A DNA stretch of 64,000 nucleotides, taken from contig CM075988.1 of assembly GCA_038087875.1 (NCBI GenBank), forward strand, positions 8,806,001 to 8,870,000, in the 5' to 3' direction. Below the pieces are notes generated by a model. That model ran no database searches. It saw nothing but the letters and a program-made list of their open reading frames with translations, and was not told the DNA's origin. Shown piece after piece: positions 51,960 to 64,000 of this stretch (the first letter of the stretch is position 1; every line of letters begins with the position of its first letter). Origin of the DNA: Malacoraja senta (taxonomy: Eukaryota). Position numbers and translations under genes: made by a program.

Positions 51960-52256
51960 GGAAGCTATAGTGGTGCAGCAGTAGAGTTGCTGCCTTACAG
52001 CTCCAGAGACCTGACCACGGGTGCTGTCTGTACGGAGATAGTACATTCTCCCTGTGACTGACTTCTTGGGTTTTCTCTGGGTGTTCCGGTTTCCTCCCAC
52101 ACTCCAAAGATGTTCAGGTTTGTTGGTTACTTGGCTTCAGTTAGGTGAAAAATTGTCGTGAGTGTGCGTAGGTTAGCGTACGGGATTGCTAGTTGGCGTG
52201 GACTCGGTGGGCCGAAGGGCCTGTTTCTGCGCTATATCTCTAAAGTCTAAAAGTCT
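51960..52256 (+). mobile_element. V-SINE
   Basis: Family consensus. Confidence 0.8.
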
Positions 52257-53150
52257 AATGCTGTAGGACTAGAGCCTCACGTCACTGCTCTAATATTATT
52301 GGTATCTTAAACCCAGACTAATAACACCGCCAGGGAAGCTAATTATGACACTGCCAGAATCTTGTTTCTGCGAGTACATCTGATTCTGACAGATCTGGAG
52401 ATTGCTTAACTAAAACCTTTACAGGAATTTTAATTGGAAACAAAGCATGAGATCTGTGCGACAGGATAGTTTGAAAAGGGATGAAGTAAATTAACGACAT
52501 TGCATTGTGCCAAGTTTCAAGAGTGAGGAAAGCCAGGAATCAAGAACGAGGTGTTCCAAAATTATAAGATGCCAAAGAAATATTTATGTTCTCTGACTAA
52601 TTTTTATTTAGCGGTCTGACTACTTTGTTATGATACCTACAGTTAAAACTGTATGGGTTGCCGAATGCCAGGGCAATGTGATGGAGAACAGAGTCCCACG
52701 AATGATGCCATTAGCCTGAGGTTGACCATGCAATAATGACTGGTGTCCACTGTATTCTGCTTATACTGATGACACTTTCACATGACGATGATGGTGTTCA
52801 CCTCATGCTGCATTCAATGAGTTTTACAACTTGCTTATATCAATAGTTTTGTTTTTGGACTTGTTTTTTTATTGATATTTGTATTTCATGGAACGTTTTA
52901 GGCCAACCTACCTGGAATCAAATCATTTGATGCTTCTTTGACATTATCATGCCTCTTTTGAAATGAGTAAGAATGATTTGTATCAAAATTCAATGGACTT
53001 CATTTCAAGGTTGGAGTATTTGTTCAGTCTATTGTATATTAATAAACTCTGAATTATTTGCCGATCAGATTTTATTGTGTTATTGGTGCAACTTTTATTT
53101 TAAAGTTAAGCAATAGAAAAGCTACTAGCTTCATCATCTACCTGTATTCA

Positions 53151-53534
53151 ATGAATGAATGAATGAATGAATGAATGAATAGTTTATTTCGGTCATAAAT
53201 TAAAAAGAACAAAACTTTACAATCTGTGTGAATATGAACCAACACTGTATCCATTTCACACAACGTTCACATAATCAATGACCGAACAAGGAATAGGCTG
53301 AAGCCACAAAGCTTATTTTTGCCTATGCCATACAATCCATAAGATAAGATAACCCAGAATATCAGCATTCAAAGGAAAGAAAAAATAATAAAATTTACTC
53401 TAAATTGTAATCCTTACTTATTTTACATTTTAATCATTTTACATTATAATCCTTAATTATTTTACTTTTTAAGGCTTTTTTGAAACTCGACAGAGGGCCA
53501 CAAAATTTCAACACATCACTAAGCCCGTTCCATA
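53151..53534 (-). mobile_element. 3' end of CR1-group (L2/Crack-like) LINE split by the DIRS insertion
   Basis: Continues the ORF from 58612 (LWNGLSDVLKFCGPLSSFKKALKSKIIKDYNVK*), then 3' UTR, AATAAA and (ATTC)n tail. Confidence 0.85.
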
Positions 53535-55236
53535 ATTTTACTTCGGAGTCACGTGAGTGACTACGTGAAGAAGCCCCGTCCAGCCGCACACGCGTCATTA
53601 TCGATCAGACGCATAGCGTTCATGACCGTGTGTGGAGGAGCAGGAGCTCCTCCAGCCGGTGAGTAAAACAAAAGTAAAACAAAAGTCGGAAGGTAAGTGG
53701 AGTTACTTTTCACTTACAGGAGCGTTTCCTTCCCGTTTAGACTTGTTTGGTGGAGCTCCACTCAAGTTTATTATGGAGAAATGGGAAGGAGAGGGGCCAG
53801 GGACGCACTGTAGTAAAACCCCAGATCCTAAGGGTAGCGGGCGTCAGTCAGGGGAGTCAGTGGCAGCGAAGCCATTAACTCCCGTTGTGGTCGAATGTGC
53901 GTTAAACCGCCGGCGGTGGGCGCAAGGCTGAGAGAAAAAAAAAAATCGGCCCGACCTGTAGACTCGGATGAGTCAGACCCGGAGGTATGCCCTCCTCAGG
54001 CAGGAAAGAGTATTACACTGCAAGGGTCAAAAACTTTTTAACTCCTTATGGGGCAGATGATTTGTAAAGAACCCCCACAGGAGGATTTAAGTCGGTGTTG
54101 GCCAATGAAGTATAGCACAGGAGGTGCCTTGGAACAGGCACAAGGGTGGCCTACAGGAGAGCCATCAGTACCTGTGCAGAAACATTAAAGAGGTTGGCCT
54201 ACAGGAGAGCCAGTGCCCAAAAATGCCAGAAAAAAGGCAAGTTATGTGTTGGCCTATTGGAGAGCCAGTACTAGAAATGCCTGAACAAAAGGCAGCACAA
54301 ACGTGCAATGATAAATGTGCCAGCACCGACAAATATAAAGAGTAAAAATAATGAAGCGTTGGCCTAGAATTGAGCCAGCGCCAGCAGCACCTGAAGCAGG
54401 GCTGCCTGTCCGTGGGCCTACAAGAGAGCCCGCGCAGGGGGAATCTGGCAGAGACTTACCTGAAACAGGGGAGCCAGAAATTACCCAACATAAAAATGAA
54501 TATCTAGATTTAGATGATGATTTAAATGAGGACCAGAGCCCATTATCAGAGCCAAAAATGTTCCAAGGCTGGCACAAAACTTTGCTGTTCCCAGAGTAAC
54601 AGGGGAACCTTTGAGAGAGGAAATAGCTATGACTATAAATTATCTACTCTCCCATCAGCCCAGGAATTAACCATGGATGAGACTATCAAAAAATATGAGA
54701 CCCGGGAAATTGTAGCAGTTACAGCAGTGAATAAATTTGATATGGGTAATTTGAGCAGTGGTTTACGCTCACAAGAATTGAAATTACACAAGTGCTGAAA
54801 TTTCTGGGGTCAGTGGTTTGGATGAAGGTTATATATCGTATTCACAACAAAATGTAGCACTCATGTGTAGTGCGCAATTTGAAATAAATTGTATTCATAA
54901 AAATGCAATAAGACCAAATATTCATCCTAAGTATGCAGGCTCTGCAAACCATGCAATATACAAATGCCTAAATCTGTTTTGGAGAAAATCTAGCAAAGAA
55001 ACTAAAGGATCACCTATGCTGAGCAGAGCGGTGAGAAGGCAGTATCCCTACAGGCGAAATGTGGTGCTGGAGAAGGAACAATCCTATCATTCTCGTATAC
55101 ACGTTGACGTGCTGCACCGAGGATACGTGGAGGTTACAATGTGCCTACTAGAAGGGGACAACTACTGCCGGTGGCAAACCCCGAGGTTAGGGGGCTTGGT
55201 CTGGTAAGAAACACAACAAATGTTTCACACTCACAA

Positions 55237-57124
55237 ATAGGGGGAAGGTTACGATTCTTCCTAAAAGAATGGTAATCAATAACAAATGATTCATTTATTC
55301 TATGTAGCATTGTAGGATTCAAAATTGAGTTCCCTCCACGTTTGGATCCTCCAATTCAGCATAATTCAAACTGGTCACGGATTTTTCTCAAAGGAAGAGA
55401 ATGGGTTGATCAAAGGAGAATTGAAAAACTTTATGCAGAAAAGGATGATATAAATGTCAGGAGAACAACACCATCAGTTTGTGTCAAATATTCTCCTAGG
55501 AATATTCTCCTAGAAAAGGGATGGTGGACATAGAATCATTTCCGATCTGACAAATCTTAACCTTTATGTACAATAGAAACATTTCAAAATGGAAACATTT
55601 ACTAATGCCATTTAGCTAGTCACAAAGAATTGCTACAAGGCAAGCATAGATCTGCAAAATGCATATTATTCTGTGGCAATGCATGGTAATGATCAAAGAT
55701 ATTTGAAATTTAGATGGATGAGTCAGTTATGGCAATTTAAAGCATTGCCCAATGGTCTGATTTCAGCACCAAGATTATTCACTAAATTGCTCAAACCAAA
55801 TTTTAGCTCTGTTAAGAGCGGAGGGCCATGTATTAATGGCTTATTTAGATGATATCCTCATTGTAGGGGACACTTTGGCTGCTGCAAAATTGTCAGTATC
55901 CAGAGTCAAATACATTTTGAGAAATTAGGTTTCATTATTCACCTACAAAAATCTAAATTGTTACCAAGCAAAAAGATTGATTACCTAGGGTTCACAATTA
56001 ACTCTGAACACATGGTAATCACTTTGCCAAAAGATAAAAAGCTGCAGTTAATTGAAGGTTGCATAAAACCCATTAACGAGGACACACCTTCAATTAGAGA
56101 AGTGGCAAGCTTGCTAGGCAAATTAATTGCAGGGTTTCCAGCGGTCACGTTTGGACCATTGCATTATCAATGTTTACAGAGAGCTAAGGTACAAGCGTTA
56201 AAAATGAATAGAGGGCATTTTGATAGGCCCATGAAATTAACAATTCAATCCATTACAGAAATAGAATGGTGGATTAACAATGTTTCTAATGCTTCCAGAA
56301 AAGTTCTGGTAGAAACACCTTCCGTCACTCTACAGACTGATGTAAGTGTGCTGAGTTGGGACGCTACTAACATGATTTCCAGCTGTGGAGGTAGGTGGAA
56401 TGTGAATGAAGTACCTTTGCTGGAAAATCTGGGAATCAATTATCTAGAGCTATTAGGCGCATTTTACGGCCTTAGAGCTTATTGCACTGATATGGGAAAT
56501 GTGCATGTTCAGGTACAGGTTGACAATACTACAGCTGTAGCATACATAAATCACATGGGTGGTATAAAATCAGAATCATGTGATAAATTGGCAAATGAAA
56601 TTTGGACCTGGGGTATTGCCAGAAAAATTTGGCTGTCAGCAATATATTTACCAGGTAAAAATTAATACAATTGCAGACAAAAGATCACGTAAATTTAATG
56701 ATAATACAGAATGGATGTTAAATTGGAAAATATTCACACAAATTATCACACAATTTGAATGCCAGAAATTGATCTGGTTGCATCAAGATTGAACCACCAG
56801 TTGCCTAAGTATGTGTCATGGGAACCTGATCCTGGAGCAGTAGTGGTGGATGCTTTCTCGCTACATTGGGGTGGTATGTTTCTGTATGCTTTTCCACCAT
56901 TTTGTTTAATCCACAAATGCATACAGAAAATTAAACAAGATTCAGCCTCAGGGATTTTGGTAGTACCAGATTGGCCTACACAGGTATGGTACCCACTGGT
57001 GTTAAAAATGATCAAAAAAACCCTTATGGTTATTCCAAAGCAGATTAAACTGCTTGTACACCCTGTGACTAATGAATCACATCCTTTACATAATCGTATT
57101 GGTTTGTTGATTTGCAGATTCTAA
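55237..57124 (+). pseudogene. DIRS pol: RT + RNase H + adenine-methyltransferase-like domain, disrupted
   Basis: IGGRLRFF, HFKMET, SIDLQNAY, LPNGLISAPRLFTK, MAYLDDIL; RNase H LQTDVS, INYLEL, DNTTAVAYINHMGG; MT IDLVAS, DAF, YAFPPF, VVPDW; stops at 55273, 55574, 55613 plus several frameshifts. Confidence 0.9.
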
Positions 57125-57161
57125 GAAGGCATATCTTGGAAAAGGATTATCAGACCGTACG

Positions 57162-58105
57162 GTGGATGTTATGACAGCAGCCTGGAGGAATAGTACCCAG
57201 AAGCAGTACATTTCCTATATAAAGAAATGGGAGGTGTTTTGTTCAGGAAAGAATATTGCATATAACACAGTAGAAATTTCAGATGTAATAGAGTTTCTTT
57301 CAACTCTACACTATGAATTGAAATTAAGTTATAGTGCAATTAATACTGCACGAAGTGCACTCTCTGCATATTTAAGCAGTGAATCAGAACAAACTCCAAT
57401 TGGAGAACATCCTTGGGCCTGTAGGTTTATGAAAGGAATTTTCAACTCTAATCCTCCCAGACCCAGGTATACAGAAATTTGGAATGTAAAAGATGTACTG
57501 ATGTTCCTAAGGAGTTGGAATCCAGTTGAAACCCTGTCATTATCCAAAATTACCATGAAATTGGTTATGCTCATGGCATTAGTTTCAGCGCAGAGAGTTC
57601 AAACATTACAGAAACTCAGAATTGATAGAATGAAAGTAGGGCAAAATGCCGTGACATTCTATGTCTATGATTTACTGAAGCAAAGTAGACCTGGGTCCAC
57701 AGGATGCAAGTTGGAATTTTTAGCATATCCTACAGATTCACGACTGTGTGTAGTAACATATGTGAAATGTTACATAGAAACAACAAAAGTTTTAAGAGGC
57801 GCCGAATTGGCATTTTTTATTAGTCATAAAAAGCCTCATAAGAAAGTGTCAACACAAACAATTTCACGATGGTTGAAACAGGTGTTGATATATTCAGGTA
57901 TTGATACTGATAAATTTAAATCTCATTCCACGAGGGCGGCATCAACATCAGCGGCCAGGGATTCAGCGTGCCAATAGACCTTATTCTCGCGGCCGCAGGA
58001 TGGGCAAGTGAACAGATGTTTCACAAGTATTACCACAAGGAGATTAAAGATCTCAGAGGGTTTGGTGATGCCGTGCTGGATACAGTATTAAATCCCCCAT
58101 TATAA
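57162..58105 (+). pseudogene. DIRS tyrosine recombinase, one frameshift near 57963
   Basis: SAQR (catalytic Arg) and HSTR (HxxR), then in a shifted frame ILAAAGWASEQMFHKYY (W and catalytic Tyr region), stop at 58103-58105. Confidence 0.9.
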
Positions 58106-58611
58106 ATGGGCCAAATTTTTGTTATTTTTATTAAAATAAATAAAACCATTAACTGATTACATTCAAATGTTGTGGTTATGCATTGTTGATTGTGCTTACT
58201 CAAATAGAGTCAATCGATGCAGTGAACACCTGGATTTGAATCCACGGTGTGAAATCACAGAGCTTTGAAATCTTCACGTAGTCACTCACGTGACTCCGAA
58301 GTAAAATAGTAAGATTAAACGAGAACTTACCAAGTTTGAAGTTTGATCTTTATTTTATGAGGAGTAACGTTGAGGGATTACGTGCCCTCCGCTCCCACCC
58401 TCATAAAAAGATCAAGCTGGTAGTTCTAAGTCTTTATGCATCTTACTATCATACTTCAGTAATTATCGTCTGTGATTGTCACTCCGCTGCTTTGAAAGAT
58501 TGACGCGTGTGCGGCTGGACGGGGCTTCTTCACGTAATCCCTCAACGTTACTCCTCACAAAATAAAGATCAAACTTCAAACTTGGTAAGTTCTCGTTTAA
58601 TCTTACTATTT

Positions 58612-59781
58612 GACTCCCAAAACTGAGACACATCTATATTTTACATTGGTTCTCACTTTACATGTTTCAAAAATACACAACCCTCTTAAATTATAATGTC
58701 CTTCTCTTAATTTAATTTTTTTTTGAATACTAACAGGAAGGCTTTTATTCCTAACTCGGAAAAATATTTCTAATGTCTTTACATGCACAATATCCAAAAA
58801 CTTTAAGATGCCGGACTTTATGAATAATGGATTTGTAGTTTCACGGTAAGAAGCTTTATGTATTATTCTAATAGCTCTTTTCTGGAGTTTAATTATAGGG
58901 TCTATATTTGTTTTATATACATTTCCCCAAACTTCAACACAATATGACATATATGGCATTATAAGTGAGCAATACAATATATACAAACACTTCTTATTCA
59001 ACAGATCCTTTGTTTTGTAAAGAATAGCAATTGATTTTGATAATTTCCGTTTGATGTATTCTATATGTGGCTTCCAACAAAGTTTATGATCTATAATCAC
59101 TCCCAGGAATTTTGTTTGATATACTCTTTCAATTTCAACTCCATTTAAATTCAATTTTATTTCACAATTAACCCTATCACCACCAAACACCATAAATTTT
59201 GTTTTATTTTCATTTAGGGATAATTTATTAATATCAAACCATTTTTTTAGCATTATCAATTCTCTTTCTGCTATTTTCAATAGTTCTTTTATATCATTCC
59301 CTGAACAAAATACATTTGTATCATCTGCAAACGTAACAAACTTCATCATATTGGATACTTTACAAATATCATTTAAATAAAATATATATAACTTAGGTCC
59401 CAGTACCGAACCTTGTGGAACACCACAGGTTACTCTTCTAAGCTGTGATTCAGTATTATTAATTTTTACACACTAAAACCTATTACTTAAATAACTTCCC
59501 AACCAATTTTGTGTGACACCTCTTATACCATAACGTTCCAATTTCTGCAAAAGTAAGGAATAATCAATTGTATCAAATGCTTTACGTAAATCAATAAATA
59601 CACCCACAGTGTGTAGTTTCTTATCTATTGCTGTTGCTATATTTTCTACAAAATCCATCACTGCTAAAGATGTCGATCGATTACTCCTAAAGCCATATTG
59701 ATGATCACTCAATAACTCATATTTCTCAATGGTCATCAAGTCTATTCACAAATAGCTTTTCAAGTATTTTAGAAAATTGAG
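58612..59781 (-). mobile_element. 5'-truncated CR1-group (L2/Crack-like) LINE, RT region
   Basis: QFSKILEK, QYGFR, FIDLRKAFDTI, GVPQGSVLGP, FADDT, KFLGV, YCVEVWG; one in-frame stop at 59473-59475. Confidence 0.88.
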
Positions 59782-59940
59782 TTAGATAAAGCTCTTAGGG
59801 CTAACAACATCAAGGGATATGGGGAGAAAGCAGGAATGGGGTACTGATTTTGAATGATCAGCCATGATCGTATTGAATGGCGGTGCTGGCTCGAAGGGCC
59901 GAATGGCCTACTGCTGCACCTATTTTCTATGTTTCTATGT
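59779..59940 (+). mobile_element. CR1 LINE 3' fragment, probable host of the L2-like insertion
   Basis: Matches other CR1 3' ends in the window; (TTCTATG)n tail followed by tacctgta, which also occurs at 53139-53146. Confidence 0.8.
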
Positions 59941-60474
59941 TACCTGTAGATTGTGACTTACCCAGTCTCAGGTTCATTGCTCAGCTCTCCAACCAATTGT
60001 GGAATTAATCCATCTTTAGTCTCATAGCCCACAGCTATTAACTGGACCAGTACATACACAATGGGACAAAGAGCCTCCCTATGTGTCCTAACATGGGGTA
60101 AGTCCAAGTCCCTAGCAAGTGGGAACACCAGTTAAGAAAGTGTATGGCATGCTTGCCTGCATCGGTCGGTCATGTAGCTTTAGAGGACACAAATGTTAGG
60201 CCACATTTGGAGCATTGTGTGCAGTTCTGGTCACCACATTGCAGGAAGAATGTGCAGGCTTTGGAGTGGGTGCAGAAGAGGTTTACCAGAATGTTGCCTG
60301 GATTAGAGTGTATGAACTATAAGGAGAAGTATTTTCTCTGGAATGTTGGAAGTTGAAGAGAAATCTCAGAAGTATACAAAATTATGAGAGGCAAATATGG
60401 GGTAGATGATCAGAACCTCTTTCCCGCGGTGGAACTGTCAAGGGCCAGAGAGCATAGCTTAAAGGTGAGAGGGG

Positions 60475-60674
60475 NNNNNNNNNNNNNNNNNNNNNNNNNN
60501 NNNNNNNNNNNNNNNNNNNNNNNNNNNNNNNNNNNNNNNNNNNNNNNNNNNNNNNNNNNNNNNNNNNNNNNNNNNNNNNNNNNNNNNNNNNNNNNNNNNN
60601 NNNNNNNNNNNNNNNNNNNNNNNNNNNNNNNNNNNNNNNNNNNNNNNNNNNNNNNNNNNNNNNNNNNNNNNNNN
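60475..60674. other. Assembly gap (200 N)
   Basis: Run of N; the CR1 fragment on the left does not continue on the right. Confidence 1.
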
Positions 60675-61914
60675 AGTCCAGTAAAGTTGCGAAAAGTAAG
60701 AATTTTGTTGTTCTATTCCTTATGCACATAGCAATTAAACACATATCAATGGAGATGCAAGGAACAGCAGATGCTGGATTCTTGAAGGAAAACTCAAAGT
60801 GCAAGAGTAACACAGCAGGTTAGGAGGCATCTGTGGAGGAAATGGATAGGTGACGTTTCGGATAGGGACACCTTCTTCAGCCTCAGACACATTTCTTCCA
60901 ACTTAAATGTCATCTAACAATGAAAATCTAACTCAGGTACTGCCTGACCTATTGAGTTATTCTTGCACTTTGTGTATAGCCCGAAAGAACATTCTGGCTT
61001 ATGATCCCACCAGCAATTCACACTAGTTTCAAAACAAATCTGTCTTTTTAAAATTAAATTAAAGAAAAACATTTTTATTGTGAAGATTTTTCAGGATGTC
61101 TGTGTTGCACTGCTTCCAGATTCCACAATTTAAATGGTTCAATCGTTCAAAGATACTTTATTGTCGCATATACCTGAATAGAGTGAAATGATTTGTTTTA
61201 CATACAATTCAGTAAAATCATACTATACATGAGCACATTGGCACATTGGCACAGCGGTAGAGCTGCTGCCTCACAGCGCCAGGCACCCTCACAGCACCAG
61301 ACACGCGGGTTCGATCCTTTCTACAGATGTTGTCCTTCTATACTCCAAAGATGTACAGGTTTGTAGATTAATTGGTTTCTATAAATTGTCTCTAGTGTGT
61401 AGGATACAGCTAGTGTACAGGGGTCGCTGGTCGGTGTGGACTCGGTGGGCTGAAGGGACTGTTTCAACTCTGTATCTCTAAACTAAGCTAAACACAATCA
61501 TATACAAGTACAAGAGTGCAACGATTGCCGTGTAAGAATAGTAGCCATCGCTGAGGCAGTAGATACATAGATACATAGAAAATAGGTTCAACAAGTACAC
61601 AAAGAGTCACCACATTTCCACTGCCAATTTGTGCCTTTCAAGTTTCAAGTTCTGCGGCAGCACTGGGCCAGTGTTGCAGGGGTCGGCTGGCGTGGTGATG
61701 CTGTCAATGTCCGCTCCGTGCCGTTGCAGGCCACGTCCAATCTGCGCGCTCGTCCGACCTCTGTGAGGCCTGGTTTTGAGCTCTAGACCCCATGCTCCAT
61801 CACAGCGGCCTAGAGCGTCTTTCATCAACTGAACAACAATGATGCACTGCAACATGCTGTCTTACACATTTTAGGAATGCCATGTTTAATTTTCATTGAT
61901 GCTCAATGCATTGC

Positions 61915-62222
61915 TTTAGTTTAGTTTTAGAGATACAGCACAAAAACGGGCCCTTCAGCCCACCGAGTCTGCACCGACCAGTGATTCCGCACATTAATAC
62001 TATCCTACACGCACTGGGGATAATTTACACTTGCACCAAGCCAATTAACCTACAGACTTGTACGTCTTTGGAGTGTGGGAGGAAACCAAAGATCTTGGAG
62101 AAAACCCATGCAATCACGGGGAGAAGGTATAAACTCCATACAGACAGCACCCGCAATCGGGATGGAACCCGGGTCTCCGGCAATGAAAGCGCTGTAAGGC
62201 AGCAACTCTACAGCTGCACCTC
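61915..62222 (-). mobile_element. V-SINE; + strand copies also at about 61250-61492 and 63257-63491
   Basis: Family consensus. Confidence 0.8.
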
Positions 62223-64000
62223 CGGGCTGCTCCGTTGTGTTTTAAGATTATCACCTGTAACTGCGGTGCTATTTTGATTTTCTTCACAGTGGAAAGGCCT
62301 GCTCACAAATAAATGCACTGCGAATGTTGTTGTTCTTGGCAGAGTTGGGAAACCTTTCCAAATCAAAGCAAGAGCAGAAATCAATCAGATTTGTTTGTGG
62401 CAGTCTGAGCAGTGAAGGGCAGTGGGATCACGCTGGACTCAATTCCATGGGTCAGTTGAAATAGATCGTTAAATAACTTTCGGTCTCTCTTTAATGTTGT
62501 GAATTGCAGCTCGAGTGAACATTGAAGCTTCCCCATGACTTCATGCAAGGTCAAGGAATCATTCAAATAACACCTGCAGGCTGGGAGGAAGGCGGCGAAG
62601 ATCATTGTGTTTCTCCACCATTTCACTTCAGCTGAAGAGGATTAGATTCAGCTGGTATGGTTGGATACAAGAGAGCTTTTTGCAGTTCAATGTTCATTGA
62701 GATGGAAAACAAGGTCAATAAGGAGAGAAAGAACTTGAAGTCAAGAAGAATCATTCTGTAGGAAGGAACCGTAGATGCTGGTTTAGAGATTAAAGATAGA
62801 CACAAAATGCTGGAGTAACTCCACGGGACAGGCAGCATCTCTGTTTCGGATCAAGAACCTTCTTCAGTGATTCAGACAAGAATCATTCTGAGATCGGATG
62901 TGGTGAGTCTTCCATCAAAAAAGCAGCATAAACTTATATGTGGCTCTGCAGAAAAACATTGAGTTGTTTTACTTTATTTTACTGCTTCTGCTTCTATTTT
63001 GCAATTAATTTATTATTTTATGTTTTCAAAAATTAAAAAAACAATTTCTAAATGTTTTAATGATCAGCGAGACCCCCCCCCCCCCCCCAAAAAAACAAAA
63101 AATGACCGCAGGGAACCATTGAAGGCTGTCAGGGAGTTCCAGGGGGCTTTGTCCCATGGAGGTGTGCTGTCTGAGAGACTTTGGAGTCCAGACTCTGTCC
63201 GGACACCTCTGGAGTGGCAGTAATTCAGCTCCTACAGCCCAACATGGAACTGTGCCCATGGTGGCGCAGCGGTAGAGTTGCTGCCTTACGACATCAGGGA
63301 CCCGGACTCGATCCTGACTACTGGTGCTGTCTGTATGGAGTTTGTACGTTCTCCTTTGTCCCCGGTATGTGTAGGATAGTGTTAGTATAAGGGTTGATCA
63401 CTGGTTGGTGCGGACTCATTGGGCCAAAGGGCCTGCTTCCACACTACCTCTAAACTAAACTAAACTAAACTAAGCTAAACTAAACTAAACTGCTTTTATA
63501 AGTGTGGACTGCGGGCTGGGTCCAGGATCTCAGCCCAGGGAGATGGAGAAAAGTTAAGCAAACATTTGTTGCTGGCAACTTGACTGAAAATGCATTTCAG
63601 ACTGGCAGAGCTTAGTGTTGTTGTCACCTATAAATGATCTCTTCCTCCACCAGAGGGAGCCTCTGCCACACTAAACGTCTCAACAGAAAAAAAACAGTGG
63701 TTGAGAAATACCATCAGGATAATGCAGTGTGCGTGTGTGCCGTGTGGAAGCAATTTGCCAGACAGCTGATAATTAAACAGTGATCCAAAAGACTTGAGCC
63801 TCACGGCAGCATCCTCTGTGTCAGTGCGGCTTGGTTTGTGAATTGGCCGCTGTAAATTGCCCCAGTGTGTAGCTGACTGATACAATCTGAGGGAATTGAT
63901 GAGAATATGGGAAGAATAAAAATAAATGGGATTAACATGGGATTGGTGTGACTGTGTGGTTAACAGTTGACATGAACTTAGTGGGTAAAAGAGCCTGTTG

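Larger units (their letters stand above)
53535..58611 (+). mobile_element. Full-length DIRS1-like tyrosine-recombinase retrotransposon (coding-defective)
   Basis: ITR 53562-53597 vs 58501-58536 (36/36); ICR 58271-58384 complementary to both termini; decayed gag-like region, RT (YLDD 55842-55853), RNase H, MT and YR in the canonical order; ATTT at both ends. Confidence 0.95.

Noticed and set aside
56759..58105. Prophage or bacterial contamination (integrase plus methylase)
   Set aside because: The domains sit within DIRS ITR/ICR termini downstream of RT-RNase H, embedded in vertebrate repeats
61607..61855. GC-rich minus-strand ORF with an acceptor-like site
   Set aside because: No recognisable homology and no partner exons found; left uncalled
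1778..63491. tRNA genes or a CRISPR-like array
   Set aside because: tRNA-like segments are SINE heads; repeats are dispersed, with no regular repeat-spacer period
42300..64000. Neighbouring gene such as VSIG2, expected from mammalian synteny
   Set aside because: No Ig-like or signal-peptide exon that I could support; a gap also interrupts the region

Overview
Vertebrate genomic DNA, most likely a cartilaginous fish such as a skate or ray (inferred from the V-SINE/HE1-type SINEs, CR1 LINEs and Penelope-derived repeats that dominate the window). One host gene is recognisable: ESAM (endothelial cell-selective adhesion molecule) on the + strand. Six coding exons lie at 23735-42202 and the signal-peptide exon was not found. 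Its last two exons carry four apparent 1-bp frameshifts, each beside a G/C homopolymer. Most notable: (1) a non-autonomous Helitron (10707-11966, -) carrying a decayed SAC3D1-like exon with its splice donor; (2) a full-length DIRS1-type tyrosine-recombinase retrotransposon (53535-58611) with near-perfect ITR/ICR termini and a readable ATTT recombination core, nested in an L2/Crack-like LINE that itself appears to sit in a CR1 fragment; (3) many short Penelope-type repeats with a hammerhead-ribozyme-like core; (4) candidate endothelial enhancers (FOX:ETS, RBPJ, SOX motifs) upstream of the ESAM exons. There is a 200-N gap at 60475-60674. Protein identifications come from recalled family motifs, not database searches. 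Repeat boundaries are approximate unless TSDs or termini are quoted.
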